Source of the DNA: a phage
Strand: one strand, 5' to 3'
Length of the DNA stretch: 64,000 bases
Sequence record: PZ386955.1
Shown here in pieces: positions 1-9,881 of this stretch. The notes below the pieces were generated by a model. The model did not search any database and was not told where the DNA came from. It saw only the letters and a program-made list of their open reading frames with translations. Position numbers and translations under genes: made by a program. Each line of letters opens with the position of its first letter. The stretch's first letter is position 1.

Positions 1-666
1 ACTTACAGAACGAGTAGGCACAGGTTTACGCGGTCGGCGAAAACGTGGTTTTGGTGAAGATTCAGTCTTACTTTCATTTTTTGAATAATACTCCTCAAAC
101 AGTTTAGTAAATGTTTTTACATCAACTACAAACCGATCTTTCCTATATGGAGAATTCTTATGTGCACCATTAATACCACTGTTTTCATCGAAGAAAGTAA
201 TGTTTTCTTCAGTTGAATACATTAGATAATGATCTGCATTTTTCCAATGTGGTTGTGGACAACGAGGATTACAAACGGAAAGCAGATAATTAATATTTTC
301 TTCCGTAGCCTCAGTATCCAGGAAACACGTATTATGCACAGTCAGTTGTACTTTTTCAGTCATATCTTTTTCTTTATCCTCTTTAGCAAGATATTCAGTA
401 CGAATAATCTCCAGAAAACCTTCAGGTGTTACTTCCATAAATTTATATTCAGGATGAAGCTCCATATATTCAAATCCACAACCATCTAATTGCTGTAGGA
501 AGTTAGGGTAGAAGAACAAATCATTAACACTGTGAATCAGATCATTGATTTCTGCTTCAGTTGTGTAACCAAAACTCTTGTGAATTGCTTCGTTAAGAAT
601 ATGCAGGATACCCATCTCTTCTGCTGCTTTTTTAACTTCCAGTTTATTAGCGTAAAATGCAATCAT
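1..666 (-). CDS. hypothetical protein (partial, C-terminus beyond window edge)
   Basis: Minus-strand ORF from ATG at 664-666 with RBS AGAAGGAGAA; runs without stop to position 1, so absent from ORF track. Confidence 0.5.
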   Translation of the reverse strand, partial: MIAFYANKLEVKKAAEEMGILHILNEAIHKSFGYTTEAEINDLIHSVNDLFFYPNFLQQLDGCGFEYMELHPEYKFMEVTPEGFLEIIRTEYLAKEDKEKDMTEKVQLTVHNTCFLDTEATEENINYLLSVCNPRCPQPHWKNADHYLMYSTEENITFFDENSGINGAHKNSPYRKDRFVVDVKTFTKLFEEYYSKNESKTESSPKPRFRRPRKPVPTRSVS

Positions 667-683
667 TATGTTCTCCTTCTAAA

Positions 684-1118
684 TTAGTTTAAAATTTCTT
701 TTGCAATGGTAGAAGCAAGTTTTCCATCATATTGATTCGGATACTCTGCTTTAAGGTGTTTCATCATATCTGGCATTTTCTTGCCTGTCAAGGCAAATTC
801 TTCAGCAATAGCTCGAAGATCATCTTCAGATAGCATTTCTGGCAAATATTTTTCCAGAGTGGTGATATCACGCATAGCTCGCTCACACTTGCTAATGGAG
901 GCATTAACTTTCTTAAGCGAGTCTAGTTCCTCTTTAGCGTGTGCAATACCAATCTTAACAATGTTAATCATAATATCGTCTTCTGATTTATTCAGATTTG
1001 CCTTTTGAGTACGAGCAAGGTCAAACTCACCAATAATATTAGTTAACAAAGCAAAAGCACCCTTATCGGTTGTACGTGCTAAGATACGATCTGCTTTCAT
1101 TTGTGTCACAATAGACAT
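684..1118 (-). CDS. GatB/YqeY-domain protein
   Basis: 144 aa; by-eye similarity to YqeY family (EYLPEMLSEDDLRAIAEE..TGKKMPDMMK..GKLAS..KEIL). Confidence 0.65.
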   Translation of the reverse strand: MSIVTQMKADRILARTTDKGAFALLTNIIGEFDLARTQKANLNKSEDDIMINIVKIGIAHAKEELDSLKKVNASISKCERAMRDITTLEKYLPEMLSEDDLRAIAEEFALTGKKMPDMMKHLKAEYPNQYDGKLASTIAKEILN

Positions 1119-1130
1119 TCTATTCTCCTC

Positions 1131-1703
1131 TTATTTGCTAATGCTTTGAATCTTATTTACAACACGGTTTATTGCCAGTGAAGCCCTAGGTTCCGCAATA
1201 CCTGTTGCATAGATATAAGGATGACCTTTTGGAGACTCCCTCATACCGAATGAACCTAATTCTAAACCATATTCATCCTCTACGTCAACCCCAATATTAG
1301 TGGGTACTAAATATGTTTTAACTCCATAATAAGTAGAGAAGAAACAGCGCATAGAGTTAGCATACTCTTCAATTGTAGCATCAGGGTAGAACTCAATCAA
1401 CTCCAATTTCAAGAAAATATTAAAATGGGTATCATCTAAATTTTCTTCTGTGCGGTAACATGGTGTTAGTGCCATATACGGATTACCTACTGCAAATTCA
1501 AAACCATCCTTCTCCATTTGCAGGAAAGATTGTTCTGCACTAGCTACATAGTATTTACCGTTAGGATGCCCTAATGGGCGATCCTCTTTATTTTCTGGTA
1601 GTGTGTACGCCAGTATATCAGCATCCACGAGATATGGAACTTCCAACATTTGTGCAAACCGACCATAGTAATCAATAGCTTGAGCTATTACTGCAACATT
1701 CAT
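1131..1703 (-). CDS. hypothetical protein
   Basis: 190 aa ORF, co-oriented and tightly packed with neighbours. Confidence 0.6.
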   Translation of the reverse strand: MNVAVIAQAIDYYGRFAQMLEVPYLVDADILAYTLPENKEDRPLGHPNGKYYVASAEQSFLQMEKDGFEFAVGNPYMALTPCYRTEENLDDTHFNIFLKLELIEFYPDATIEEYANSMRCFFSTYYGVKTYLVPTNIGVDVEDEYGLELGSFGMRESPKGHPYIYATGIAEPRASLAINRVVNKIQSISK

Positions 1704-1951
1704 GATCGACCTCCATTGCGGAATGCACGTTTAGTAATGTTTGACATAGTGATCAAATCTTGAAGCGTCATACCAGGAAAATGCTGTTCAAGAACACCTT
1801 CAACAGCGCCTACAATATCTGATAACTCAATAAGTTGCATCAGCTTGCAATCTTGATCAATAGCATCTTGAAGTTCATAAAGCTCTTCTTGAATCTTAGC
1901 AACAGAACCATATTCCTCTTTGCTAATCTCCTTCAAATGATACCCTGCCAC
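1700..1951 (-). CDS. hypothetical protein
   Basis: 83 aa ORF, GTG start with RBS AAGGGGG; T4 late-promoter-like TATAAATA lies just upstream on minus strand (~1972-1979). Confidence 0.5.
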   Translation of the reverse strand: MAGYHLKEISKEEYGSVAKIQEELYELQDAIDQDCKLMQLIELSDIVGAVEGVLEQHFPGMTLQDLITMSNITKRAFRNGGRS

Positions 1952-1961
1952 TTTAACCCCC

Positions 1962-3698
1962 TTAGTTTACCAGTTTATTTATATCTGGTAAAAGATTTAT
2001 TTCACCTAAAAAATCACCTTCACCTTCCTCTAACCAACTCTCATATGCTTGTGCATGATTATAGTTACCATCAAAAGAATCTGCAACAAATTTTTCTACA
2101 GCTTTTCGAGATGTGCCAGCGCCAAATACACCAAGTTTAATACCATTGATCGGTAAAGTGGTACTTGTGGGTACTTTCTCTGTTGCAACACGGTTGATAT
2201 CTATAATCTCCTGTACGGTTGTGTTCCATTGTAAGCATTTAACACAACGGGTATGCGCTACATACAGTAGGTTTCGCTCTGCCTCTTCCAGTCCTACCCA
2301 TTCACCAGTCTTTTTATCATAGTTGGAAGGAAAATCATTAGCAACAATAACCTGATCCCACTCCAAACCTTTAGACTTGTGTGCTGTAGTAAGTGTGACT
2401 TTTGCTGTAGGAGAATTTCTGTGCGTTCTAAGTGTATGTGCTATGGTGTTCGCCTTACCAGAAACTACGATGTTTAACAAGCGTTTAGCATCTGGATCAG
2501 CCTCTGCACACTCAACAAATTCATCCCAGTCTGCGTAAGGTAATACAGTTTCATGTTTTACTTTCTCAATATCTCCTCTACGAAGAGCATTAACACTATC
2601 TACCATAGAGATAAAATCCCTGGTATCTACGTTAATAATAATTTCTTCCCCATCTGCAATACGATCCATTGCCTCCATAAGCAAGGTTAAATTCTTGCGA
2701 AAGATGATAGTGTAAGGTTTTGTATAGTCTACAACATCTGATTTGTAGCTACCTACTACAGTATCAAAGCCTTTACCAACCAAAGGGTGACGCAAAGGTT
2801 CTTTATCGCTTAAAATCATATTGGCAATGTTTGCCACTTTTGGGCCAAAACGGAAGCAAGCAGTTAATGGAAGCTCTGCCCCATATGTAGATGTTTCCTT
2901 CATCATATTTTGGCTTCCACGGAACTGGTAGATGCTCTGATATTCGTCACCCACCACTACTACTTGTTTTGCAGATTTAGCATTTCGCAGAATAGACAAG
3001 AATGCAGGGTTAACATCCTGGAATTCATCACCAAAAATAATATCATAACCAAGATCAGCACCAGACAATTCAAACAATTTTACATAGGTGTCATGCGTCA
3101 TCAAAGTATCTGTGTTAGGATCGATGCGCTCTCGCCACAATTGTTTTGCATACTTAACTACTTCTGTAATTAGTTTGTGTTCGTTAATACCTTTTCTTTT
3201 AATATCTGCAAGATGTACACTAGGAAAATGTTTACGGCTGATAAAAGGATCATCCGAAAATTCAAACTTACCTACGGTTTGTTTGATCATTAAACCAATC
3301 ATAGCACGAGTTAAAAGTGTTTTCCCTCGTTTATCAATAAGATTATTAATCTTAAATTTCTTTGCTATTTCGCTACCTGTACCTGCAACGTTAACATACT
3401 GTCCTTCTGGTCGTGACAGTTTTGCACGTAAACGATGATCCAGGAATTGATAGCAAATAGAATGCAATGTACGGCATTCTACATTTAGTGGCATCTTACG
3501 TCGTGCTTCTTCTGCCATGCTTTTATTGAAAGCTAAGTAAAGAATGCGATCTTCTGTACTGTTAGCCAGCAAATAAAGTGTTGACGTTTTGCCTGATCCA
3601 GATTTAGCTTGGATAGTTAAAAAGCGATGGTCTGGAAAAGCCTCCTTAATAGCTGTTTGCTCTTCTGTTGGAGTGAAGCTCAACTCTTTCTTAGCCAT
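1962..3698 (-). CDS. UvrD/PcrA-like superfamily I helicase (P-loop ATPase)
   Basis: Walker A AKSGSGKTST, motif II FGDEFQD, TLHS motif; start moved to internal ATG (MAKKEL) with RBS AAGAGAGG. Confidence 0.7.
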   Translation of the reverse strand: MAKKELSFTPTEEQTAIKEAFPDHRFLTIQAKSGSGKTSTLYLLANSTEDRILYLAFNKSMAEEARRKMPLNVECRTLHSICYQFLDHRLRAKLSRPEGQYVNVAGTGSEIAKKFKINNLIDKRGKTLLTRAMIGLMIKQTVGKFEFSDDPFISRKHFPSVHLADIKRKGINEHKLITEVVKYAKQLWRERIDPNTDTLMTHDTYVKLFELSGADLGYDIIFGDEFQDVNPAFLSILRNAKSAKQVVVVGDEYQSIYQFRGSQNMMKETSTYGAELPLTACFRFGPKVANIANMILSDKEPLRHPLVGKGFDTVVGSYKSDVVDYTKPYTIIFRKNLTLLMEAMDRIADGEEIIINVDTRDFISMVDSVNALRRGDIEKVKHETVLPYADWDEFVECAEADPDAKRLLNIVVSGKANTIAHTLRTHRNSPTAKVTLTTAHKSKGLEWDQVIVANDFPSNYDKKTGEWVGLEEAERNLLYVAHTRCVKCLQWNTTVQEIIDINRVATEKVPTSTTLPINGIKLGVFGAGTSRKAVEKFVADSFDGNYNHAQAYESWLEEGEGDFLGEINLLPDINKLVN

Positions 3699-3699
3699 T

Positions 3700-4176
3700 T
3701 CAACCTCTCTTAATTTGTTTAACAAGCATAGGAACAAAATCTCGTTTTAAAATTTGTTCAATAATATGATCAGGTAGCTGTTGGAAATTATAATTAAAAG
3801 CTACTGTCTCACCTTTAGGTGTTTCTACCCGCACATATAACATGTTACGAAGTTTATCCACTTGTGCTGTATATTCTAAACCATGTAATTGATGCATTGC
3901 AAACATCAAATCATCAGTTTCAGTTTGGAATCTATCATTTGCTTGCATTAAAGACAAGGTAAAAGGTAGATTTTCCCTAAGAGCCACCTTCTTAGGAACT
4001 AGTGAAGGAAAATACTCACCAATAACTTCCTGTGTAAGCTGGATACACTCTTTTTCAAGTTGGTTTTGTTCCTTAAGTTCACAAACACTTTTTTGTAAAG
4101 TGTTAACCTCTTTTTGCAAAGCTGCTAGTTGAGCACTTAACTTTCTTTTTTGATTACGACCAAAACGTTTAGACAT
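3700..4176 (-). CDS. hypothetical protein
   Basis: 158 aa ORF, coiled-coil-like N-terminus. Confidence 0.55.
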   Translation of the reverse strand: MSKRFGRNQKRKLSAQLAALQKEVNTLQKSVCELKEQNQLEKECIQLTQEVIGEYFPSLVPKKVALRENLPFTLSLMQANDRFQTETDDLMFAMHQLHGLEYTAQVDKLRNMLYVRVETPKGETVAFNYNFQQLPDHIIEQILKRDFVPMLVKQIKRG

Positions 4177-4184
4177 ATTTCCCC

Positions 4185-4700
4185 CTAGTAAAACCCTTTA
4201 ACAATCTGTATTAACTCGGCACAACGGTTGACCAACTTTTCCTCATACAATACACGTTGTGGCATATGTTGTATAATATACTCCATTTGCTCATGCCATG
4301 TCCACTTTTCTTTTTTGTCCGGGATAACATCACTAGCACGAGAATTATCTTTTAATGTTTGTATAATCCAATTGCTTGGAAAGTGCTCTCCACCTTTCTT
4401 AAATGGTTTATAGTGGCCTAGAGTGAATTGAGAATCCCCTGTTAGAGCACCCAATTTATTTAGATGGATAATCAAACTACGAAACACATAGTATTCATAG
4501 ATGTTATCCACCGTATAGCAAGCATAATATTTCAAGATGCCCTTATCTCGCGGATACTTACCAACATCCAGATTGCACCAGTTGACATTTTCTGGATCAT
4601 AGTGGTGTTCCTTAAGCCATATTTCTCTTTCATCAAAGTCTGGATATATTACCGCTCTGCTTACAGAGTCAACAAGTGGAGATTGAGCATCAAAAAACAT
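4185..4700 (-). CDS. hypothetical protein
   Basis: 171 aa ORF, co-oriented. Confidence 0.55.
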   Translation of the reverse strand: MFFDAQSPLVDSVSRAVIYPDFDEREIWLKEHHYDPENVNWCNLDVGKYPRDKGILKYYACYTVDNIYEYYVFRSLIIHLNKLGALTGDSQFTLGHYKPFKKGGEHFPSNWIIQTLKDNSRASDVIPDKKEKWTWHEQMEYIIQHMPQRVLYEEKLVNRCAELIQIVKGFY

Positions 4701-4721
4701 TATATTTTCCTTATTGGTTTG

Positions 4722-5087
4722 TTAAACGTTTTCTAAATCTTTTAAGGCATTACCCAACGTTAGAACAATAACATCGTTTGCTGCCTCTTCCCCATTGATA
4801 TTGGTGAAATTTGGTGTTACAAAAGTAACCATATAAAACTCGTCCACCTGGAAGATAGCAATAACACCATCCATCTTAACATCTTGACGAAAGGAAAAAC
4901 CAATCATCTTCTCTTGCAAAGGCATATCCCCTTCCTTCATTACCGCTAGGGAGTTTTCAGGAATGTTATATTTATCTGCTCCAATGTAGATGTACGTAAT
5001 GTTATCTTTATCGTGATGATACAGGGTTGCTTTTTCCATATCTAAACCTGACAGATCAAATACGTTAATTTCTTGTGTAGTCTTCAT
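4722..5087 (-). CDS. hypothetical protein
   Basis: Track ORF 4722..5162 trimmed to internal ATG (MKTTQE) preceded by RBS GGGAGGA. Confidence 0.5.
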   Translation of the reverse strand: MKTTQEINVFDLSGLDMEKATLYHHDKDNITYIYIGADKYNIPENSLAVMKEGDMPLQEKMIGFSFRQDVKMDGVIAIFQVDEFYMVTFVTPNFTNINGEEAANDVIVLTLGNALKDLENV

Positions 5088-5451
5088 AAATATCCTCCCA
5101 AATCCAATAATCATCTGTGTAAGTAGGATGCCTTTTATCCCACTCTGTTCTAGCCCAAGCAACCGCTGCTACCAACACATCACCATGACAAGGTTGAGGT
5201 GAGCAGAAGCAAACTAAGTCTTTCCCTTCTAATTCTAACAAATCCTCAAGAGTGATTTTACCACAACGAATTTGTTCCCACAACCACTCTTTATATCTTT
5301 GTATAGTTGACCCTCGTGGTTCATCATCCTTTAACTTAAAAGGATTTGCAAACTTTGAGGCTTTTAACCCCATATGAGGCATAGCTCTGCCAATGTAAAC
5401 TGCACCTTCAGGTATTACTTTACCTAAGTGGTAGAAATTCAATACTCTCAT
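5065..5451 (-). CDS. DUF4326-like protein
   Basis: Motif VYIGR...SKFANPF typical of DUF4326; start placed at internal ATG (MRVLNF), track start is TTG. Confidence 0.55.
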   Translation of the reverse strand: MRVLNFYHLGKVIPEGAVYIGRAMPHMGLKASKFANPFKLKDDEPRGSTIQRYKEWLWEQIRCGKITLEDLLELEGKDLVCFCSPQPCHGDVLVAAVAWARTEWDKRHPTYTDDYWIWEDIYEDYTRN

Positions 5452-5452
5452 A

Positions 5453-5803
5453 TTAACCCAAACACATTTGTGCAATCAAGCCCTGTATAAATTTATTAGC
5501 TTCTTTACTGTCGTAGTCAGTTTCTTCTGGATATCCATCTTCATCGTACACAACTGTACCTTCAATATACCCTGCCTCAATTAAGGCGCGGATCATATCA
5601 AATTGCCAGCATGAGTTACCAAATGGACGTTTACCATTAAAACACTCTTCTTCTCTCCATAACGTAGAGAGTAGTTGTCGGAAATATTCCCGTACAGTGA
5701 CAGTACCAAGATCTGAATCCTCAAACATAACATCCAGGGCATCAGGATTGCTTTTCTCTACATAAGGGATATATTTAACACCATTAATAGTTACATCAAG
5801 CAC
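5453..5803 (-). CDS. hypothetical protein
   Basis: 116 aa ORF, co-oriented. Confidence 0.55.
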   Translation of the reverse strand: MLDVTINGVKYIPYVEKSNPDALDVMFEDSDLGTVTVREYFRQLLSTLWREEECFNGKRPFGNSCWQFDMIRALIEAGYIEGTVVYDEDGYPEETDYDSKEANKFIQGLIAQMCLG

Positions 5804-6166
5804 TTATTTCTCCTTATCATCATATTCTAGGAACATATCTGCACGATATGCTTTACGCTCTTCAAACTTAGCAGGATCTACAACAATAAGCAATACAAGG
5901 TTAACATCTAAATACTTCTTAACAAATAGAAATAAATCTTTTCCACAGTTAAAACCTATACCAGTATAGGCATCCCCATATTGATCTACTGATTTGATCT
6001 TCTTACTAACCGTACACTCTATGCTATTCTTTTCTTCTTGGTATAAGGCTTTCCCACCCCAATATGTAAAGAATTTAGTACCGTCAGCACCAAGTTTAAA
6101 ACCCTCTGTTGCATGTCCCGCAAATGAAAGTAAGCATAACCAAGTGATCATCAGGTACTTTAGCAT
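5804..6166 (-). CDS. putative secreted protein
   Basis: Start at internal ATG gives N-terminal signal-peptide-like MLKYLMITWLCLLSFAGHA. Confidence 0.5.
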   Translation of the reverse strand: MLKYLMITWLCLLSFAGHATEGFKLGADGTKFFTYWGGKALYQEEKNSIECTVSKKIKSVDQYGDAYTGIGFNCGKDLFLFVKKYLDVNLVLLIVVDPAKFEERKAYRADMFLEYDDKEK

Positions 6167-6167
6167 T

Positions 6168-6650
6168 TTAACCACCCAATTGCAAATGTTTAGAAAGAAC
6201 AATATCCCACTGATCACCACAACCGTTATCTATGCGGAACATAATGTACGTATCATCTTCTTCTACGACATATAATACTTCATAGGAATTACAACAGCCT
6301 TCCCAATTTTTAACAGCCTCTGGTGTATCATGTGTAAAAATTTCATTACCATCATATGACCAAAACAAAGGGGTAAGGTTTTCGAAGGTCAGTGAAGTAG
6401 GGTTTACTTCATCTTTAACTGCTTCCTCATATTCTTTATGCGTTTGTACTGCTTTAGTTAGTGTACTCATGTCTATCTCCTTTTCTCCTTCTTGACTATG
6501 GAGGATAGCAAACTCTCTAAACTCCACTTCACGCCACGTTTTTAGGTAGTGCTTTATAATTTTATCAACATCTGCCTGTTCAACATTACTTTTCAAGCAA
6601 TAGTAATCATGGTCTTCGCCCATTCTACCCCATATGCTATACATTGTCAT
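6168..6650 (-). CDS. hypothetical protein
   Basis: 160 aa ORF, co-oriented. Confidence 0.55.
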   Translation of the reverse strand: MTMYSIWGRMGEDHDYYCLKSNVEQADVDKIIKHYLKTWREVEFREFAILHSQEGEKEIDMSTLTKAVQTHKEYEEAVKDEVNPTSLTFENLTPLFWSYDGNEIFTHDTPEAVKNWEGCCNSYEVLYVVEEDDTYIMFRIDNGCGDQWDIVLSKHLQLGG

Positions 6651-6918
6651 CTGATTGATCCTTTACATTGTTCTTGGCATACACAGGAATAACATCATTA
6701 TGATCTTTATTACTTTCATCTGTTAAAGCCCAAAACAACTTACCTGCTGGATGTTTAAAGATGTAAGCAATAGGTTCCTCTTCCTGGGCTTCTTTGCTAC
6801 GGATACCATCCCGCCAGGCAAGCCAAGTGTAGATCATCACTTCTTGACGTTCTTCTTCGTTAGGCCACATATGTGATGGAAAGTTTTTATCAAACCATTG
6901 CTTAAATTCTTCAGTCAT
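6637..6918 (-). CDS. hypothetical protein
   Basis: 93 aa ORF, RBS AAGGAG upstream. Confidence 0.55.
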   Translation of the reverse strand: MTEEFKQWFDKNFPSHMWPNEEERQEVMIYTWLAWRDGIRSKEAQEEEPIAYIFKHPAGKLFWALTDESNKDHNDVIPVYAKNNVKDQSDDNV

Positions 6919-6928
6919 AGTCTACTCC

Positions 6929-7093
6929 TTAGCGTACAAAGTTAACTTCTGCTTCTTTCAGCTTTGACACTTCTACATAACCACCATGATCATCTTTAAT
7001 CCATTCTTTTCCTTTACGGATGATAACAGGATATGTAGAGTGAGTAAGTTTAGGTACAGATCTTTTTGTTTTAGTGATAGAAATGTTTTGCAT
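6929..7093 (-). CDS. hypothetical small protein (54 aa)
   Basis: Not in track (<60 aa); ATG with RBS AAGGAGA, fills gap between neighbours. Confidence 0.4.
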   Translation of the reverse strand: MQNISITKTKRSVPKLTHSTYPVIIRKGKEWIKDDHGGYVEVSKLKEAEVNFVR

Positions 7094-7153
7094 AGTAGTC
7101 TCCTTAGTAAATTTTACATAGAGTCTAGATTATTTAGTAGATAGAGTCAATAA

Positions 7154-7420
7154 CTAATTACTGTTAGATCTGTATTCTGTCTTCCATTCACAATGGTAAA
7201 CTTCAACAGGTTCTAACTTCCAATGTTCAGGAACTAATTCAGGGCAATATCTACAAAAGAGAAATAGATAGATAACTAAGACAGGTATTAAATAGTAAAA
7301 TGGTATACGATCATAACCATACTTACGAGATAACATGTAGACATATAGATAGGGTATAACAATTAATCCTATAACTATAAGTAAGAAGAGAAGTATAAAC
7401 CTTAGTGTAGTAACATCCAT
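7154..7420 (-). CDS. putative membrane protein
   Basis: 88 aa, two hydrophobic segments; 7-bp stem-loop then RBS AGGAGA upstream. Confidence 0.5.
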   Translation of the reverse strand: MDVTTLRFILLFLLIVIGLIVIPYLYVYMLSRKYGYDRIPFYYLIPVLVIYLFLFCRYCPELVPEHWKLEPVEVYHCEWKTEYRSNSN

Positions 7421-7498
7421 AGTATTCTCCTATACAGTAATATACTCTGTTCCTGCCCCTCCATGAGTGACAGGAACAATATCTATAGAGAATACTAA

Positions 7499-7559
7499 CT
7501 CGCTTCGCTCGTCACCTTTCAGGTTTAGGGTAGCATGTTTTTCTGAAAAAGTCAATACT
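7499..7559. repeat. conserved ~60-bp intergenic element, copy A (CTCGCTNTCGCTCG ... TTAGGGTAGCATGTTTTT ... GAAAAGT)
   Basis: Near-identical copy at 35662-35719; both on plus strand although flanking genes are on opposite strands. Confidence 0.5.
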
Positions 7560-7583
7560 CTCCACAAAACTTTACAAAATACT

Positions 7584-7856
7584 TTACATAGGTACAACAG
7601 AGTCTGTTTTGAAGTCGTACATATGATTTACACCTGTGATTTTTGACATAGAGATTGCACGTTTAGCACCTGCAATTACCTGGTCTGTCTTCTTAATCTC
7701 TTCACGGAACTTACGTACAGTTAAAGAGAAGAAACGATGATCCATCCATTGACGATTCACACGATCACGCTTGAAGTGACGGAAATCTTCAATCTGTTTA
7801 TTGCGCAATCGGCGCAGTACATGCAATAGTTGATAGTAAGGGTGTTTATTTTTCAT
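7584..7856 (-). CDS. hypothetical protein
   Basis: 90 aa basic ORF. Confidence 0.5.
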   Translation of the reverse strand: MKNKHPYYQLLHVLRRLRNKQIEDFRHFKRDRVNRQWMDHRFFSLTVRKFREEIKKTDQVIAGAKRAISMSKITGVNHMYDFKTDSVVPM

Positions 7857-7859
7857 AAT

Positions 7860-8288
7860 TTATTCTCCAAATCGAAAATCGTCAATATCATCAAACCATA
7901 CACAATGGCGAGTCCTTTCTTTTTCTGTTGCAGACATTGTTTCAACAGCTTTAGGACTAAGCACAACAGGAATGTAACGAACAGGTCGTTCATAATAGTA
8001 GCCATACTTTTCTGTATTAGCTGCCTCAAAGACTTTACGGCGTTCTTCAAGATCTTCTATGGTGAATCCTACCATATAACCATCATGTTTGCTACCCCAT
8101 CCTTCCTCACTTTCAACAATCGGGATATAAAAGCCGTTACGCGTCCCTGACGCTGGTTTTTCTTGAGCCTGAAGGCAAGCCTCCCATCCTGCTTTAAAGA
8201 CGTTATAGAGCGATTTACGCACGTTATGAGTGCCGCTTTCGCTTGCTGGATAGAGTTCATTAAATTTGTCTTGAATTTGTTGTGTCAT
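7860..8288 (-). CDS. hypothetical protein
   Basis: 142 aa ORF. Confidence 0.55.
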   Translation of the reverse strand: MTQQIQDKFNELYPASESGTHNVRKSLYNVFKAGWEACLQAQEKPASGTRNGFYIPIVESEEGWGSKHDGYMVGFTIEDLEERRKVFEAANTEKYGYYYERPVRYIPVVLSPKAVETMSATEKERTRHCVWFDDIDDFRFGE

Positions 8289-8431
8289 ACTCGCCCCTTA
8301 GTGATTATTTGACCAACTAAACAAATAGCTTGTAGTACAATAAAGAAGTAGCCTAATTTTACACTACCCAATACCCAGAATGCAATGTTTGCAAACAAAC
8401 AAAAAGCAATATTAAGTCTAAAGAATAACAT

Positions 8432-8632
8432 TTAATCCCCTTCATATTTAGGTAAAGGCATATATGCCACAATAGGAGGGTAATCAAAGTGAAAATGATG
8501 GTTCACCACAATAATCTTACCAGACATACTTTTATGCACTTCACAATACCCTTTTTCACCATCTTCCATTACCACCACATACTCACCTAGTGGGATATCG
8601 TATGGATCTTCTACTTTTACCCATTCTGTCAT
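8432..8632 (-). CDS. hypothetical protein
   Basis: 66 aa ORF, RBS GAAGGGGA. Confidence 0.5.
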   Translation of the reverse strand: MTEWVKVEDPYDIPLGEYVVVMEDGEKGYCEVHKSMSGKIIVVNHHFHFDYPPIVAYMPLPKYEGD

Positions 8633-8898
8633 TTTGGAAACACCTCTTGTCCATCTTCATGCATTTGTAGTAAAGTTTCACAGATTTCATACACATCTTG
8701 GTATGTTACAACTGAGAGATCAGAGTCTTGATCTTCGACAAGCATAGCACAAAGAGCTTTAATATCAATACCTTTACAATGTTCCGTAGCTATACGGTAC
8801 ATTTCACCATCCTCCCAAACAATTGGTTGCGGAAGCAAAACGTCTGTACCATCTTCACAAGTTACAATGTAATCTGCAATATTATCACGAATTTTCAT
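8629..8898 (-). CDS. hypothetical protein
   Basis: 89 aa ORF, 4-nt overlap with neighbours. Confidence 0.5.
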   Translation of the reverse strand: MKIRDNIADYIVTCEDGTDVLLPQPIVWEDGEMYRIATEHCKGIDIKALCAMLVEDQDSDLSVVTYQDVYEICETLLQMHEDGQEVFPK

Positions 8899-9152
8899 TG
8901 TACTACCCCCTTAAATCCAGATGTGCTGCCAGTTTTAACTTTTGCTTTAAGATGTTCCAACTCTACCATAGGTGTTGCTACTTGTATAGGATTTTCCTCA
9001 ACCTGATGAATATAATATTCATAATAAGCATACTTACCAATAGAGTGCAGATACTTAATTGCATGTTCAGGCGAATCTGCTTCGACATACCCTAAATCTT
9101 TTGTGGTACGACCTTCGCAATCACCTTCGGTAGTTACATGATAAAGTGTCAT
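8895..9152 (-). CDS. hypothetical protein
   Basis: 85 aa ORF, RBS GAGGAGG. Confidence 0.5.
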   Translation of the reverse strand: MTLYHVTTEGDCEGRTTKDLGYVEADSPEHAIKYLHSIGKYAYYEYYIHQVEENPIQVATPMVELEHLKAKVKTGSTSGFKGVVQ

Positions 9153-9281
9153 AAAACCTCCTCATAGTAGGGTAAAGCCTTAATCAGTTGTTCTGAAGTG
9201 CCATTTTGCACCCACGTAACACCATTGTCAACAGAAACATACCCTTTTTTGTCAATAAATTTACGCAGACAGCCAGTGAAC

Positions 9282-9461
9282 TTATTTTTGTAGATCATTT
9301 CTTCTTTCCTTTTTGATTACAGCCCCATCACTCCCTTGCCAAACTTCCGATCTGAATTCCATCTCAAACCACTCACCACCGCAAAAACGGTTATGTTCAA
9401 CACGTCTATCTTCCTTCATTGCTTCTTTAGCTTCGATAGAAGTTAGTTCGATGTTTTGCAT
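9282..9461 (-). CDS. hypothetical small protein
   Basis: Track ORF 9282..9635 crosses the divergent intergenic region; trimmed to internal ATG (MQNIEL) with RBS AAAGGAGA. Confidence 0.4.
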   Translation of the reverse strand: MQNIELTSIEAKEAMKEDRRVEHNRFCGGEWFEMEFRSEVWQGSDGAVIKKERRNDLQK

Positions 9462-9579
9462 TTGTTTTTCTCCTTTCATTTGGTATGCGCTAATCTTAAC
9501 AAAATAAAAATGTATGTCAATACTTGATTTGAAATTAGTTTCTGGTACTCTGTGGGTATCGTAACAAAAGAGGTTAGAT

Positions 9580-9870
9580 ATGAACATCACACTAGCAACT
9601 AAGAATATTACAGAAACTTTTGATGGTTTTGGCATTATTATTGCTGTTCATGGGCATAACGAAAAATGGTTAGCCTCTTTTGAAGAGGACAAAGAACGCA
9701 ATGTACGTTTGAATGCACCAATCAAAGTTTTACACCAGGTAGGTGAGAATAAGAAACAATGGAGATCATACAAAGAGTGGAACATTACGAACGAGTTAAT
9801 ACACAAACTTGACAAAGTGATAAACATGTTCGACAATGCACCAAGCAGTGCAAAACGTGTTTTACTATAA
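9580..9870 (+). CDS. hypothetical protein
   Basis: 96 aa; first gene of plus block after divergent region. Confidence 0.55.
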   Translation: MNITLATKNITETFDGFGIIIAVHGHNEKWLASFEEDKERNVRLNAPIKVLHQVGENKKQWRSYKEWNITNELIHKLDKVINMFDNAPSSAKRVLL

Positions 9871-9881
9871 AGGAGAGTGAT

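Noticed and set aside
229-489. Plus-strand ORFs lying inside minus-strand gene blocks (e.g. 229..489, 781..1008, 1835..2140, 2113..2322, 2910..3173, 3088..3438, 4228..4413, 4464..4736, 5994..6275, 7830..8150, 8728..9095)
   Set aside because: Each lies antisense within a longer, RBS-preceded, tightly packed minus-strand gene; low-complexity, Leu/Ile/Phe-rich translations typical of shadow ORFs in AT-rich DNA.
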